From Vicugna vicugna (Eukaryota): 64,000 nucleotides of DNA. The notes below the pieces were generated by a model. That model was not told the origin of the DNA, made no database searches, and saw only the letters and a program-made list of their open reading frames with translations. The first letter of the stretch is position 1; the number at the start of each line of letters is the position of its first letter. Location of the stretch: assembly GCA_013265495.1 (NCBI GenBank), contig MU058584.1:5856407-5920406 (forward strand), read 5' to 3'. Shown piece by piece: positions 52,341-64,000 of this stretch. The position numbers and the translations under genes are program-made.

Positions 52341-55300
52341 TATTCTGAGCTCTTAATCACTAAAATGGGTGGTAAATAGGATTACCTTCCTCACGATTGT
52401 GAGAGTCAAATACGTAGTTCTTCCATGGTGCTAAGTTGGTAAAAAAAAAAATTCAGTGTAAATGTTCTGCATCTGTTTTCGGGTCGCTTTTTATTCATAG
52501 CTGGTGAGAAGGCGTTGCTTCCTTTGGTAATTGGCTGTTTGCTGGGTTTGAGGTAGTTAATGCCTCCGGTGTCCAGGTGCAGACAATTTCTTAATAGTCA
52601 AATCCCTTTTTGGTTGTATATGTGCTTGGAGTCCTAGCCTTTCATGTTAAAAGGTAATTTTTTTCCTTTTTTTTTTTTACATTTTTGAGCACACTTTCAA
52701 CATAAAATCACTGAAAAGAAAAAATGACTTTCACTTGAGAGAGTCCGAACACTGCACAAATAATTTACAGCTGACGCCACATGTAACCATTACTGTTGCC
52801 TTGAAATCATTCACCTGGGGGTGGGCAAAATCCCACTTAGGTACCAAAGCCCTTTCTTAGTCGCAGTGCAGATACAGAATTGCTGTCCTTGAGGATTTTG
52901 ACGTGGGAAACAGCCATTCTCGTCTTCAAAAACATTTCCTAGGTACATAATAGGTACCTGGCAGGTGTTAGGCTTTGGCAGAACAAAGATAAGGAATACC
53001 GTTCCTCTTTTTCCCCTCAAGCCTACAGGGGGATTTCAGTAATTGAAAGTCAACATTCCTACCTGGTTTTGCATCTCGAAATTCAGGAGAATGCCAACCT
53101 GTTCTTCCCCAGTTTTTTTCATCTAAATGACTTCACAAGCCAAAACCTTCAGTCCTTTCTCTAATTTCCAGTCAGCAAGTTCTGTTGTTTCTGACTTCAA
53201 ACTATCTTGAATCCAACTCCATCCCTATTACTACCACACTATTTCAAACCCCCATAACCTCTCAGCTGGGCTAATTAACGGTTCCCTTGCTTCTACTCAT
53301 CGTTCTATAATCCATTCTACAAAAAACGTTCAGAATGAAAGATGCCATGTCATTTCCTTTTTAAACCACCCTCCGGTGGCTTCTTAAATTAGGAATACAG
53401 GCTAACCTTTTCTTTCAAGACTCCTCATGTTCTCAGCGTCGTCCTTCTGTCCTACCTAACTCACTATGTTCTGTCCATACAGGAAGCTCACCTACCTCAA
53501 GATCTTCCTGCTTGCTGATCCTTCAGCCTAGTTTGTTACTCTGCTAGCCTTTTGCATGTCTTATTATTCACATCTCAGCTCATATGTCACTTCCTTAGGG
53601 GGCCCTTTTCAGAGCCCTCAGTCTTAGCTGGTTCCCCCAAACCCAGTCTCTCATACTTATCACATTGCCCTGTTCAGTTTTCAAAAGAGCAGTGTTACTG
53701 TTAATAGAAATTATCTTGTTTACTTTCTTTTTTCTTTTTTTTTTTCCCCCTCAAAATACCCTAAAGTTTATCAAGGCAGGAATTTCGTTTTCACTGCATT
53801 GTCTCCAGCACCTGGAATAGTGCCTAGCACATAGTACGCATTCAGTAAACGGCTGGAAAATATTGTCATGTTTTAAGACTGCCTAGAAGTCTCATTAGAT
53901 AATTTTTTTTCAGCTTTTGGTTTTATGTTTAACACTTCAACAAATGAAAGAAGTTTTCAATAAATCCACAATCCCATCACCCTAACGTAATTATTTTCAT
54001 GTTTTGCATTTTACATGTTGTTTTCCAGTCTTGTTAACGTTATAATCATAACTTATGTTTAATTTTGGAAGAGGTTTTACTGAAATTTTTCCGTGAGGCA
54101 CATTCTACCCTACTGAACTAAAATGAATTAATGACTATACTTCATTTTGATTGCTTTACGTAAAATAGGTGTATGCAAAGTATGATTTCAGAAGAGTCAT
54201 TTCTTGTGTTACTGTGATGAGGTTATGGTATGTTCATTTTTCTTATGGATACATTATTTTATAATTCTTATATTATTTTTATAGTAAAGCATTTCTAACA
54301 ATTATTCTTGATGGTATAAAGGTGTATAGTTTATAATGTGATTACTGTTAACTTTTGTAGTGAACATACGATAATTATCGCATATTTGTAAGCTATGTGC
54401 AGAAGAGTTTCAGTCTGAGAAGGTGGTAAGACAAGTGTGCAAGTAATCTGAAAGGAAGATGGGAAGTGATCAGTGACTTAAGACAGGTGCAGATAAAGTA
54501 CTACAGGAGTGCTGAGAAGGAAGATTATTTCAGAAACTGGAGATCCATAGATTATTATAAGACTATTTCTTATCTATTAGAAATACGTCACAACTACATA
54601 TAGTTTGAAAAGATAAGTTTATCCTTGAGCAGTTTTGAAAGTATTTCCTTAGTTTCATTATATTGTTCATCTACCTAATAAACATTTAAGTTTTTAAAAG
54701 CAAAATTAAGCCAGTGATTTGAGTCTCATTTCAACCTCTTACTGATCGTTGCTTAAACGTTTCAAGAAGGGGCCTTTTAAAACCTGTTATCAGCAGTGAC
54801 TATCCTATTATTGTAATAGGAGTATCTTCCTTAATTTTTTTTTTACTCTATGTATCAGAATTCTGACGGTTGGATTGAGCATATTCGTAAGTAAGATTAT
54901 CTTGATTGTATGATTACTCTGATGACATTAAGGCCTGAGTCCCGCGTATCTCAATTACAGTTTTGTATTCCACTTTTAAGTTTATTCTTCCTGTTGGGAT
55001 TTTACAGCCTTTGTAATCTTCTGTTACTTAAAATGACCAAATCACTTCAAGTTAAAGTTCTTAAAGTTTTAAATTCCGTTTCGGATAGATACCAGAGTCT
55101 TCTGTTTGATAACATGTGTATAAGCCCACTGTAAATTTTAAATGTTAGTTGTTAAACTGGTTAGACCTATATAAAACAAAATTTGCAGTCTACTTAATAA
55201 CTTTCAGCCTCTTAATATATTTAGTGTCAATTAGAAAATACTGTCTAAGTTACAAAAGCTGATTGTTGAGGCATAACAGATGCATTGTTTGGAAAAGTGG

Positions 55301-58300
55301 ACTTTCTCACCTTCCTCTATTTTCATTCATCTTATTTGACATGACTTAGGAGAAGAGGTAGAGAATGAAGACTAGCCTACATCCTTTACTTATATTTTGA
55401 GTTTTTTTTCTATTTACGTTTCACTTGGTTATGGAATATTTGTTTATAATCTTGAACCTCTGTACTGCCTGTGGGGCCTAATTTTTTTTAGGTAACAATT
55501 ATTGTTTATCCTGAGTATAAGAGTTACACAAATTTGTCATAGAAAATTTGTAACATGCAGAAAAACAGAAAAGATAATAAAACAATCATTAATCTGAAAT
55601 AGTTAAGATTTTGTCATAGAACATTCTCATCTTGATTCTGTATATCCCTGCCAGCCTGTCTGTTATTCTTTGTATATACATGTTTATATATATTAAGATT
55701 GAAATTATCCTGTTTGTAACCTTTTTCATTTTACCTTAAAGTATTGTGAACAGTTAATCATGGTTTTACACAATCTCTAACAATCATTTAATGATAGCAG
55801 ATCCTTTCAGTAGATGTACCCACATCCGTTGACGGATCCTTAGTTGCTGGACATACAGGTTGTTTGGGGTTTTTTTAGGGGGGAGCTGTTATTTTATTTC
55901 TTAATAGTTTCTCTGGATAGACTATGGCATTTTGAAACTGTACAAAGCTTTAGGTTGGTAGTACTTACATGTTCCCACATTTGGGAAGAGGTAGTGATCT
56001 TTGTTGGCTGATGTGACTTAATATTGCTATAAAATGTTATTGTTTTGCTTTATAGAAATTCTGAAAATTATCGTAGAAATGTTTTTACCTCATATGAACC
56101 ACCTGACATTGGAACAGACTTTCTTTTCACAAGTACTGCCAAAGGTATAGTATTATTGTTATCTCAACCAGTCTATATGTTATAAAGGGTGTTAAAATCT
56201 TGCCTCAGCTTTACCATTTATTTTTAATCGAAGCCCTTTTTTCCTTAATGTATCACATATTTGAAATACAAATAAAGTAGTTAAGAATTGATCTCATGTG
56301 AGAATATGATGTTGTTAATGTGATCATTAGGTGATTAAAAATATATTTTCAGAGAGCATAGATCTTATACTAGTTGAATTTATATTATTTGTAGCTAATT
56401 TTAAATACTCTTGTATTTTAAAGCCGTTCATTGAAAATTTGGGGTGAGTAATGAAATTAGTTGTCTTTTTGTATCTTCTCTGCAGAGTTTATTGATAACT
56501 GTTAAACCTCATTGTCTGGAAAAATGGAGCCAAAATTTATTAAAGAAGTCTTAGAATAAAAAAAGACTGAAATATTGGTAAAATTAAGTAACTGAAGAAA
56601 AAACATCCAATTCACCACTACATTATTACTTTTTAGTTACATGTGGTATACCTTTTCTCTGAAAAACACAGTCATACTTTTTTTAATTGCAAGAACTAAA
56701 TGTATTTTGGTGCCAAAATGAAACATTTTTTAATGATAACATCTCTTACTGGAATGGACTTCTTTGTTGGGCTTTGAAGCAAGTAGTCATCAGAACTTCT
56801 TCTACTGATATTCACTCGATTTTTCTCCATCTAAAAAGTTTCTTAGAATTTGTTCTTGGCTGCCAAAAAAAGTTTCAGCTATTATGCAGATGAAAACCGG
56901 GATGCTGAGTGTTAAGAGGCCTATAGGAAACTATCCTCTTTAATTACGGTGTATGTTGACTCTGGTTATTCCTGCAATGCTTCTGCTTAGAGTGTTAAGA
57001 TCTTAGAGTGGCTAACTTTTCATAGGCAAAAACACTTATTTCTGAGGTCACATAGTGTACCTCTAACCAAGAATGGTATTTTGGGTGGATCAAAAAGGGG
57101 AACTGGTTAGAATACAAGGGAAGAGGTAATTCACAAATTCATTACCACTGCCAGGAAATATCCGTGTAAATGTCCACAGGAATGTTGATTGGTTAATAAG
57201 ATCATCATCTTTTATTTATTTAAGTGTAAGAGTAGCATTTTTGTTATAGCACTAAAAAATGAACTTTTAGTAGTTCTTTTATGGACGTTACTGAATAGAT
57301 TCCAATCATAGAAATGGAAAACCAATTTTTGTTCAAGGTTTATTTTTTTAAGAGATTCTGTAGTAGAAATATACCAAAAATTATATACAAAACATATGTA
57401 TTAACTTTATTAGGTGCAGTTTTTATACTAGACAATATCCCATGGCTATTAATAATGCAAAATCAAATCATCTAATTTTTTTCTTTAAAGATAAATGTTT
57501 TTCCTTTCTAGTGACTTGTTACTACTATTTATAACCAGCTTTGTTTTCACAGACTGTGAAATTATTTGATGACATGATGTATGAGTTAACAAGTCAAGCC
57601 AGAGGACTGTCAAGCCAAAATTTAGAAATCCAGACCACTCTAAGAAATATTTTACAAGTATGTCAAATGTTAGAAAAGGGAGGGGGGAGGAGAGCTTAAA
57701 GAGTGTGAGAATTTTTATACTGATCTTAATTAGCTGTGGATTCTTTATATGATGGCCCAATGGTGGAATTAAATATATAGAATTAAAGTTATTACAGAAA
57801 CATAAATTCTGAATTTTTACAATTTCATTGAGTAAGCATCTAAACTCCTATAAGAAGACAGATAATCAAGATAGCATGCCCCCCATAATTTACAAGTGTA
57901 TGTGTAGAACACCACCATATCCTTTGATGTGTGGGTTAGGATTCCAACTTCTTTTTTTCTTTTTAAACCAAATGGCTAGCCAGTCTGTATACTTGTAGTT
58001 CTGATAGACTGACATTTTGTGTAAGGAGGAACAGAGGGTCTGTTTTGTTCACTGCTATATCCCTAGCATCCAGCATATTGTCTGACACCTTTTAGGTACA
58101 CAGAAAATATGTTCTGAATGAAACTTCTTCCCTTATTTCCAGACAATGGTACAGCTATTAGGAGCTCTTACAGGATGTGTTCAGCATGTCTGTGCCACTC
58201 AGGAATCCGTCATTCTAGAAAACATTCATAGTCTTCCCTCCTCAGTCCTACATGTAATCAAAAGTACATTTGTGCATTGTAAGGTGAGTAATGGATTTAA

Positions 58301-61300
58301 GTACACTTTAAATGGCCTAGAATCCGTGGGCACAGAGGCTGAGTTTGTTTATAGTGTTTGTTCATGAGTTTACAGGTTAGCCTATATTATTGCAATAGAA
58401 TTTTTTCATAGAACAGAGAACATGTACTAAGTATTTGTTTCAAAATAAGTACTTATAAGAAGGTCATGAAAAGGTGGCTTTTGCAGTTGTTGTTTTATTC
58501 TGTTTCCTCTTGATAAGGAAAGAAATGGTATGGATTTGTGTGGAGTCACCAGGATCCTGAAATAGTTCTCTCTGGCATTGGTGGCTCAGATGAATTCTTT
58601 AATGATTAGGTGCCTATGAAGGGACACTGACCGTAGTTTAGTCCTGAGGCAGCTTTAAAGCACAATAGCTGGTCCAGGATTTGCAGGTCACTAGCAGTTT
58701 TGGTAATGCTATTTGTTGGGTGAATGAAAATCGCTAGTTAACTAATGCTTCTGTTTGGTGACAGGGTACTAAGGTGTCATGCACCGGACCCAGTGTTACT
58801 TATCTCCCTTCCAGTTCTATACTTGTAAGACCCTAGAAGTCGGAAATCGTGCTTTATACGTGCCTGCATCTCTTGAAGTGCACTATGTATAATGGATGTT
58901 CGCTGAACATTTGTTTCATAAATGAACATACCATTCAGTTAGCAGTAAATTTGTGAGCTCTGATAGAAATAAATTTGGCTCTTGAGCTTTTTATGATTGC
59001 TTTTTCTCTTGTTTTTATTTATTTGTGATTAGAATAGTGAATCTGTCTATTCTGGGCATTTACACCTAGTCTCAGACCTTCTGCAAGCTCTTTTCAAGGA
59101 GGCCTATTCTCTTCAAAAGCAGCTAATGGAACTGCTGGATATGGTTTGCATGGACCCTTTAGTAGATGAGAATGATGATGTTTTGAAGATGGTAGTAGGT
59201 GAGTGAAGGAAACTGACTCTTAGTATATCATGTATATTGACCATCAGTTAAATTATTGGATCCAACGTTTCTAATGATTCATGATATATTATGTTTAAAA
59301 ATGTAAACCCTACCCAGTAAACTTTTTATTGCTTAAATTTTAGGTTTTGTAAAACTGATATTTGATATATGAACATAGATTTGTATATTTAGTCAGTGTT
59401 TGTAGTAGGTTGTTTCTCCACAATGATTAACAAAGAAAGTTATGCAACTTTATACCCTCTAAAGTCGTCCAAATTCTGAGGCAGTAGCTTTCAGTTTTTT
59501 TTTTTAATGTGTGTGTATATATATATATATATATTTTTTTTTATTACAGTCAGTTTACAATGTTGTGTCAGTTTCTGGTGTACAGCATAATGCTTCAGTC
59601 ATACGTGAACATACATATATTCATTTTCATATTCTTTTCACCATAAGTTACTACAAGATATTGAATATAGTTCCCAGTGCTCTACAGTATAATCTTGTTG
59701 TTTATCTGTTTTATATGTATTAGTTAGTATAGAGTTTTAAAACCATAATTCATAGTAGGAAGTGAAGTTTGCATTCATTTTTGAAGAATTGCTGATTGCT
59801 ACTTCATTAACTTCATCACTTACCAATGGATCATGACCCCAAGTCTGGAAAGCAACACTTTAATGTGTAAGAGCAAAGATTGCATTCATAGCTTCAGCAT
59901 AAAGAGAGTAAGCTGGCTTTGTGCAGTATTATCGGGTCCTTTTTGCTCTGTGCAAGTCTCCCCAAGATCTGTTATGTTAAGGCAACCACTGTTTGATTTA
60001 TTCAGCCTTCTGAGTTAGCATTTTAGGCCGGGCTCAACTGGAGCAGCTTTCTCTACACCACATGGTGTAACTGGCTCTCTTGTGGGTTTGTGGTCCGTGA
60101 CCTCACTCACATCTGGCTGTCAGCAGAGGGAGAAATAGTGAGCTGGTCATGTGTAGCACATCCTCCAGCGGGTTAGCCCAGGCTCAGTCACCTGCTGATG
60201 GCCTCAGGGCCTCAGCAAGAGAGGGCAGGCCCCAGTAGGCAAGCATTTTTTAAGTCTCTGCTTGCCATGTAGGTTTTTTTTGTCCTCAGTAGGACAAAGC
60301 AGGCTATGTGGCCAAGCCCAAGGTCAGTATGGAAGGGAACTGCCCAAGAAGGTGGACACAGAAAGGAGGTTATTGGGCTTATTTTTACAAATAATCTACC
60401 ACAGGCAGAGTGGAAGCCTTAATGGGTACTGTGCAGATTCGTTTTCATTCTTCCTTGTTAGGTTTTCTTAGCAGTATATGTTTTCATTTTGGATTAGAAT
60501 ATCTGTGTAATGTTTCAGTTATAAGGGGCACAACTTTTGTTGCACTGAGCATTTTTAGTTTTATTTAGATCACAGAGTAGGAGTAAACGTCAAACTTAAT
60601 TTTCCATAATTTATAAAAACGCTAAATCAAAAGTGACAGTTACTTTCACTAATTATTTTGACAGTTTTTTTTAACTGCGTTACCTGTTTTAACAAATATC
60701 AAAATTATTCAGTAGATATTTTTAAATACAGGAGAAACTCTCTCCACGTGGCTTTTGAATGTCTTAAGAGTTCTGCTGTCTTTCTTTGTAGTTATTCATT
60801 CATTGTTGGGTATCTGCTCTGTTATTTCCAGTATGGACCATGCATTTCATGCCAATACTTGGAAATTTATAATTAAGTAAGTTTTTGTTTTGTTTTTACT
60901 TTTTGTAATATATTTTCCATATCTAAAATCTTAATAAGTTTTCTTAGATTTCATTTAAAGAATTTTGTATGGGTATGTGTAATGTTTACTGACACTGCTG
61001 TCTAATGATCCAGATTTTGTACATGTAGCTCCCAAACTAAATTGGGCTTTACCCTGCTGCCTCTAAAATTAAAAAAAAGTTCTACCTGGCTATCTAGTAC
61101 TTCTGAAATAATGGGCCTTGTGGCTTAACCACTTGCCTGCTGCCACTGTTGTTTTAACTGACCGTCAAGTATCCTATTTCCAGGCTTAGATAAATTAACA
61201 ATTACAATTAGAGCTGAATATAATCCCTTCATTATATACTTTTGAGTTGTTCAAGTTTAATTTCATTTATAAAGTAATTTTAACTGGAGTGTTTGGAAGG

Positions 61301-62664
61301 GTTAGTGGGTTACTATGGGTACCAGGAAGAGCACCCATAGCATTCATCACATTCTTGGGGGTGGGAGGAGATAGAATTGAGATCTAAAAATGAGTAAGAA
61401 CCTCTACTTTATACACATGCATGAAACATTCAAGGCCAGTGTAATACTTTCAGGTCTTAGGTGCTTTTCTTGAACCACCAGGTCATTAAGTTATCAACAG
61501 GTAATAGGGCAGTGATTGAAAGTGTCAACTCAGAGCCATAGTGCATATGCTTGAACCCATTCTGAAATCACTTATTCCTCCTGAACCCTTGGGCGGTTTG
61601 GTTAACTTCTCTGAGCCTTAGTTTGTTTACAGGAGTTGTAACAGTAGCACCTGCTTGATGGGGTTATAGTGAGAATTACTCGAGTTTATCATGTGAAATG
61701 CTTGGAACTGCAAGGCACACGGTGAATGGTCAGTGCATTAGCTACATCACCGTCACCGTCACCATCAAATATCTTCCACTCTTGCTCCCTTCCCATTCAC
61801 TTTTTATCTAGCATTCAGACTGAATTTCTAAAAACGTGAATCAGAGCATGTCACCCTACTGCTTAAAATCCACCCCACTTAACTAAGAGTAACAACCTAG
61901 TCCTCTCGGGCTCGTGGCTTCTTCACAGCTCATCTCCGCTGCTCTCTCCCTGCTCTTAGTTCGTCAAGCATGCCAGACTCTCCTGTCCCAGAGCCTCTTC
62001 ACAGCTTTTCAGTCTGCCCAGGATGCTTCTCTCCTGTGCCCTGCACCTCGCTGACCCCTGCCTATCCTTCAGTTCTCAGTTTAAGTGTTCCCCCTTTCTG
62101 GTAGCCTTCTGTGTATCTTCACCCTGACAAACATCTCTCTTGACTGTAGCGCTCTGGACTTTTTATTTTAGCATTTATCACAACTATAATTCATTATTCT
62201 TACATTATTTAGTGTTCTCTCTTGTGCTAGACCAGAAATTCCATGCAGACAGGGCAGAGATTGTGTCTTTTCACTCACCTCTGTGTTGAGTGCCCAACAT
62301 ATAATAGAGTTCAATTAATGTCTTATAAGGAGAAGTTTAAAATTAGCAATTTGTTGAAACTGGCATGACAGCTTTGGAGGTAAAGTCAACACATCTTAAT
62401 TATTCTATGTCTAATGTATATGATGCATTTTGATTTCTCACATCTCTCAAGTTGTACTTTTATGGTCCTAAGTTACTTGATGTGTTACTTGTGGTGATTG
62501 TATTCTTTTCTTTTTATTCATTTAGGCAGAGCCTGAAGCATCAGTCGGTTATAAAGAGTCAGCTGAAACATAAAGATATAATTACTAGCTTGTGTGAAGA
62601 CATTATTTTCTCCTTCCATTCTTGTTTACAGTTAGCTGAGCAGATGGTACAGCCATGTGCACAG
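51864..62664 (+). CDS. FIRRM: FIGNL1-interacting regulator of recombination and mitosis (C1orf112), 5' part: join(51864-51974,54847-54886,56056-56144,57553-57657,58143-58283,59033-59198,60792-60876,62526-62664); continues beyond the window
   Basis: Eight phase-compatible exons give an open frame: MSQERAVPASAVPLEEISSWPEELCRRELPSVLPRLL-SMYQNSDGWIEHIQ-ILKIIVEMFLPHMNHLTLEQTFFSQVLPK-TVKLFDDMMYEL...-TMVQLLGALTGC...-NSESVYSGHLHLVSDLLQ...-IHSLLGICSVISSMDHAFHANTWKFIIK-QSLKHQS...; syntenic with METTL18. Confidence 0.94.
51975..54846 (+). other. FIRRM: U12-type (minor spliceosome) AT-AC intron 1 of FIRRM
   Basis: 5' site ATATCCTT (51975-51982), branch point TTCCTTAAT (54827-54835), terminal AC (54845-54846); removal keeps the frame. 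Confidence 0.92.
53120..53855 (+). mobile_element. L2 LINE 3' fragment
   Basis: atccattctac...catgtcatttcctt...tctcagctcatatgtcacttcc...ccagcacctggaatagtgcctagcacatagta. Confidence 0.8.
59494..59730 (-). mobile_element. Short lineage-specific L1 3' end fragment
   Basis: Poly(T)/(TA)n followed by acagtcagtttacaatgttgtgtcagtttctggtgtacagc...caagatattgaatatagttcc. Confidence 0.82.
59990..60402 (-). mobile_element. MLT1-like (MaLR) LTR
   Basis: caagagagggcaggcccc...aagtctctgcttg...tgtggccaagccca...aataatctaccaca. Confidence 0.75.
61505..61750 (+). mobile_element. MIR SINE
   Basis: ttaacttctctgagccttagttt...gggttatagtgagaatt...tgtgaaatgcttggaac. Confidence 0.7.
61775..62325 (+). mobile_element. 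L2 LINE 3' fragment
   Basis: catgtcaccctactgcttaaaatc...atccttcagttctcagtttaag...agcatttatcaca...gtgcccaacatataatag. Confidence 0.75.
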
Positions 62665-64000
62665 GTGAAGTATGCGCCGAAGCACTGTGAACAGTAGCTC
62701 TTTTTCCTTTGGCAGTTACTAAATGTCGTTTGAATCTGTGCGTCAGTTTACCTAAGAGGGTTTTAATTTGTTTTGTTTCAATCTGTGGGATTATTTACAG
62801 TCCATGATGACTTTTCACCCGGAGCATTGCAGTAGACTCCTCTCTGCTCTCATTCCCGCTATAATCTACCTGTCCCTGCCTTTTTACACACTAACTGGTT
62901 GGTTAAGACATTCTCAGAATCCTTTTTTTCTTTTCTACCCTTGGACAACAATCTAATTTCCTTAATCCTTTATTTATTTAAGGTCATCTTGATAGAGCCA
63001 CAGTCAACCTTTTCTTCATCAATTCATTGCAACCTGTGGAGATGCAGTATACAGTTGTGTGTGTCTGTCATCAGTCTTCTAAACTTGGTGTACATACTTA
63101 CATTTATATTGATTTCAGAAAATTAGAGTATTAATAAATTGGCATCCCTTTTATAAAACAGATTGTATTCTAAAAATTTATAATATGCTTATTGGAAATT
63201 ATAGTTTATTTTCCTGTAACAATGTTATACACAGTGCCTTCTGTTCTCAGACTAGCTCTTTAAAGTTTATTTAGCTCATAATAGTCCTAAATTATAGGAT
63301 TAATAGTACTCTGGACCTAACAGTTATAAGTAAAATTCTCAATGGGAAGAAATGAGTTAAGTATTTCTTCAAAGGATAACAGTTAACATCCCTTCTTGTT
63401 GTAGACCTGCAGACTGATACAGGGAATTCCTTTGTACCCGTGCTCTTCCTTGCCCAGCAGCTGTGGGGGTGGACTTGTAAGGACTCATCTAATTCCTAAA
63501 TGCTGATCACAACTCATGGGGCAGGGATGATCTGGAAAGATAGACCCTAAGGGAGGGTGGAAGTTTGAAAAGGAGTTCTGAAGTTGGTAAGCGGGAAGTC
63601 AGGAGTAGCTTTAGGAAGAGGCTAGCCTTATCTTTCTTGCTTCTTTTTCTCTTTGCCTATCTTCTTTACATCCTTTCTTTCTTCCATTTCTTTTCTTTCC
63701 CCACTTGCTTCCTGTATCCTTTCCAGTTCCTCTCACCTTGCTGAAAAGAGAAGGCATTTGGTTGGGTATCCTCTGTCAGTGGCAGGAAGGTTGTTCCCTT
63801 CTCCGCCTTTATCCTATACATCTTTATCCTCAACCCCAACCTCCTCTTTTCCCAGTTTCCATCTTACTTATCTTGACACCATAGACCCCCACCCCCTAGT
63901 TAGTACTTGGAAAGTGAGACAGATGGACGTTCCTGGAAAGGAGTGCGTGGGGGAAGCCCAGGCAGCAGGGCCGTCTGCAGTGGAAGAGAAAAGAGAAGTC

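Noticed and set aside
51935..52360. Five overlapping ORFs in the CpG island
   Set aside because: Expected in GC-rich sequence poor in stop codons; the real FIRRM exon 1 frame begins at 51864 and is not among them.

Overview
Mammalian genomic DNA, no prokaryotic features. The window covers the conserved SELE - METTL18 - FIRRM (C1orf112) locus; the repeat content tentatively suggests a camelid or another artiodactyl. (1) E-selectin (SELE, minus strand, <1..~8900) has 11 intact coding exons totalling 1650 nt (549 aa) but only FIVE complement-repeat (SCR/sushi) domains. The fourth SCR exon survives as a frameshifted, truncated pseudoexon that still has an acceptor and has gained a new donor. (2) A ~40 kb intergenic region is rich in L1, L2, MIR and LTR remnants and holds two full-length processed pseudogenes (PTMA, YWHAQ), each interrupted by a later L1. 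(3) METTL18 (minus strand, single coding exon) shares a CpG-island bidirectional promoter with FIRRM (plus strand, first 8 coding exons), whose first intron is a U12-type AT-AC minor intron. I found no convincing wholly new biological system. The best leads are the SCR4 pseudoexon (possible poison exon), a remodelled SELE promoter, the AT-AC intron and several nested retrotransposition events. Comparisons with human and pig sequences are from memory and were not verified by alignment.
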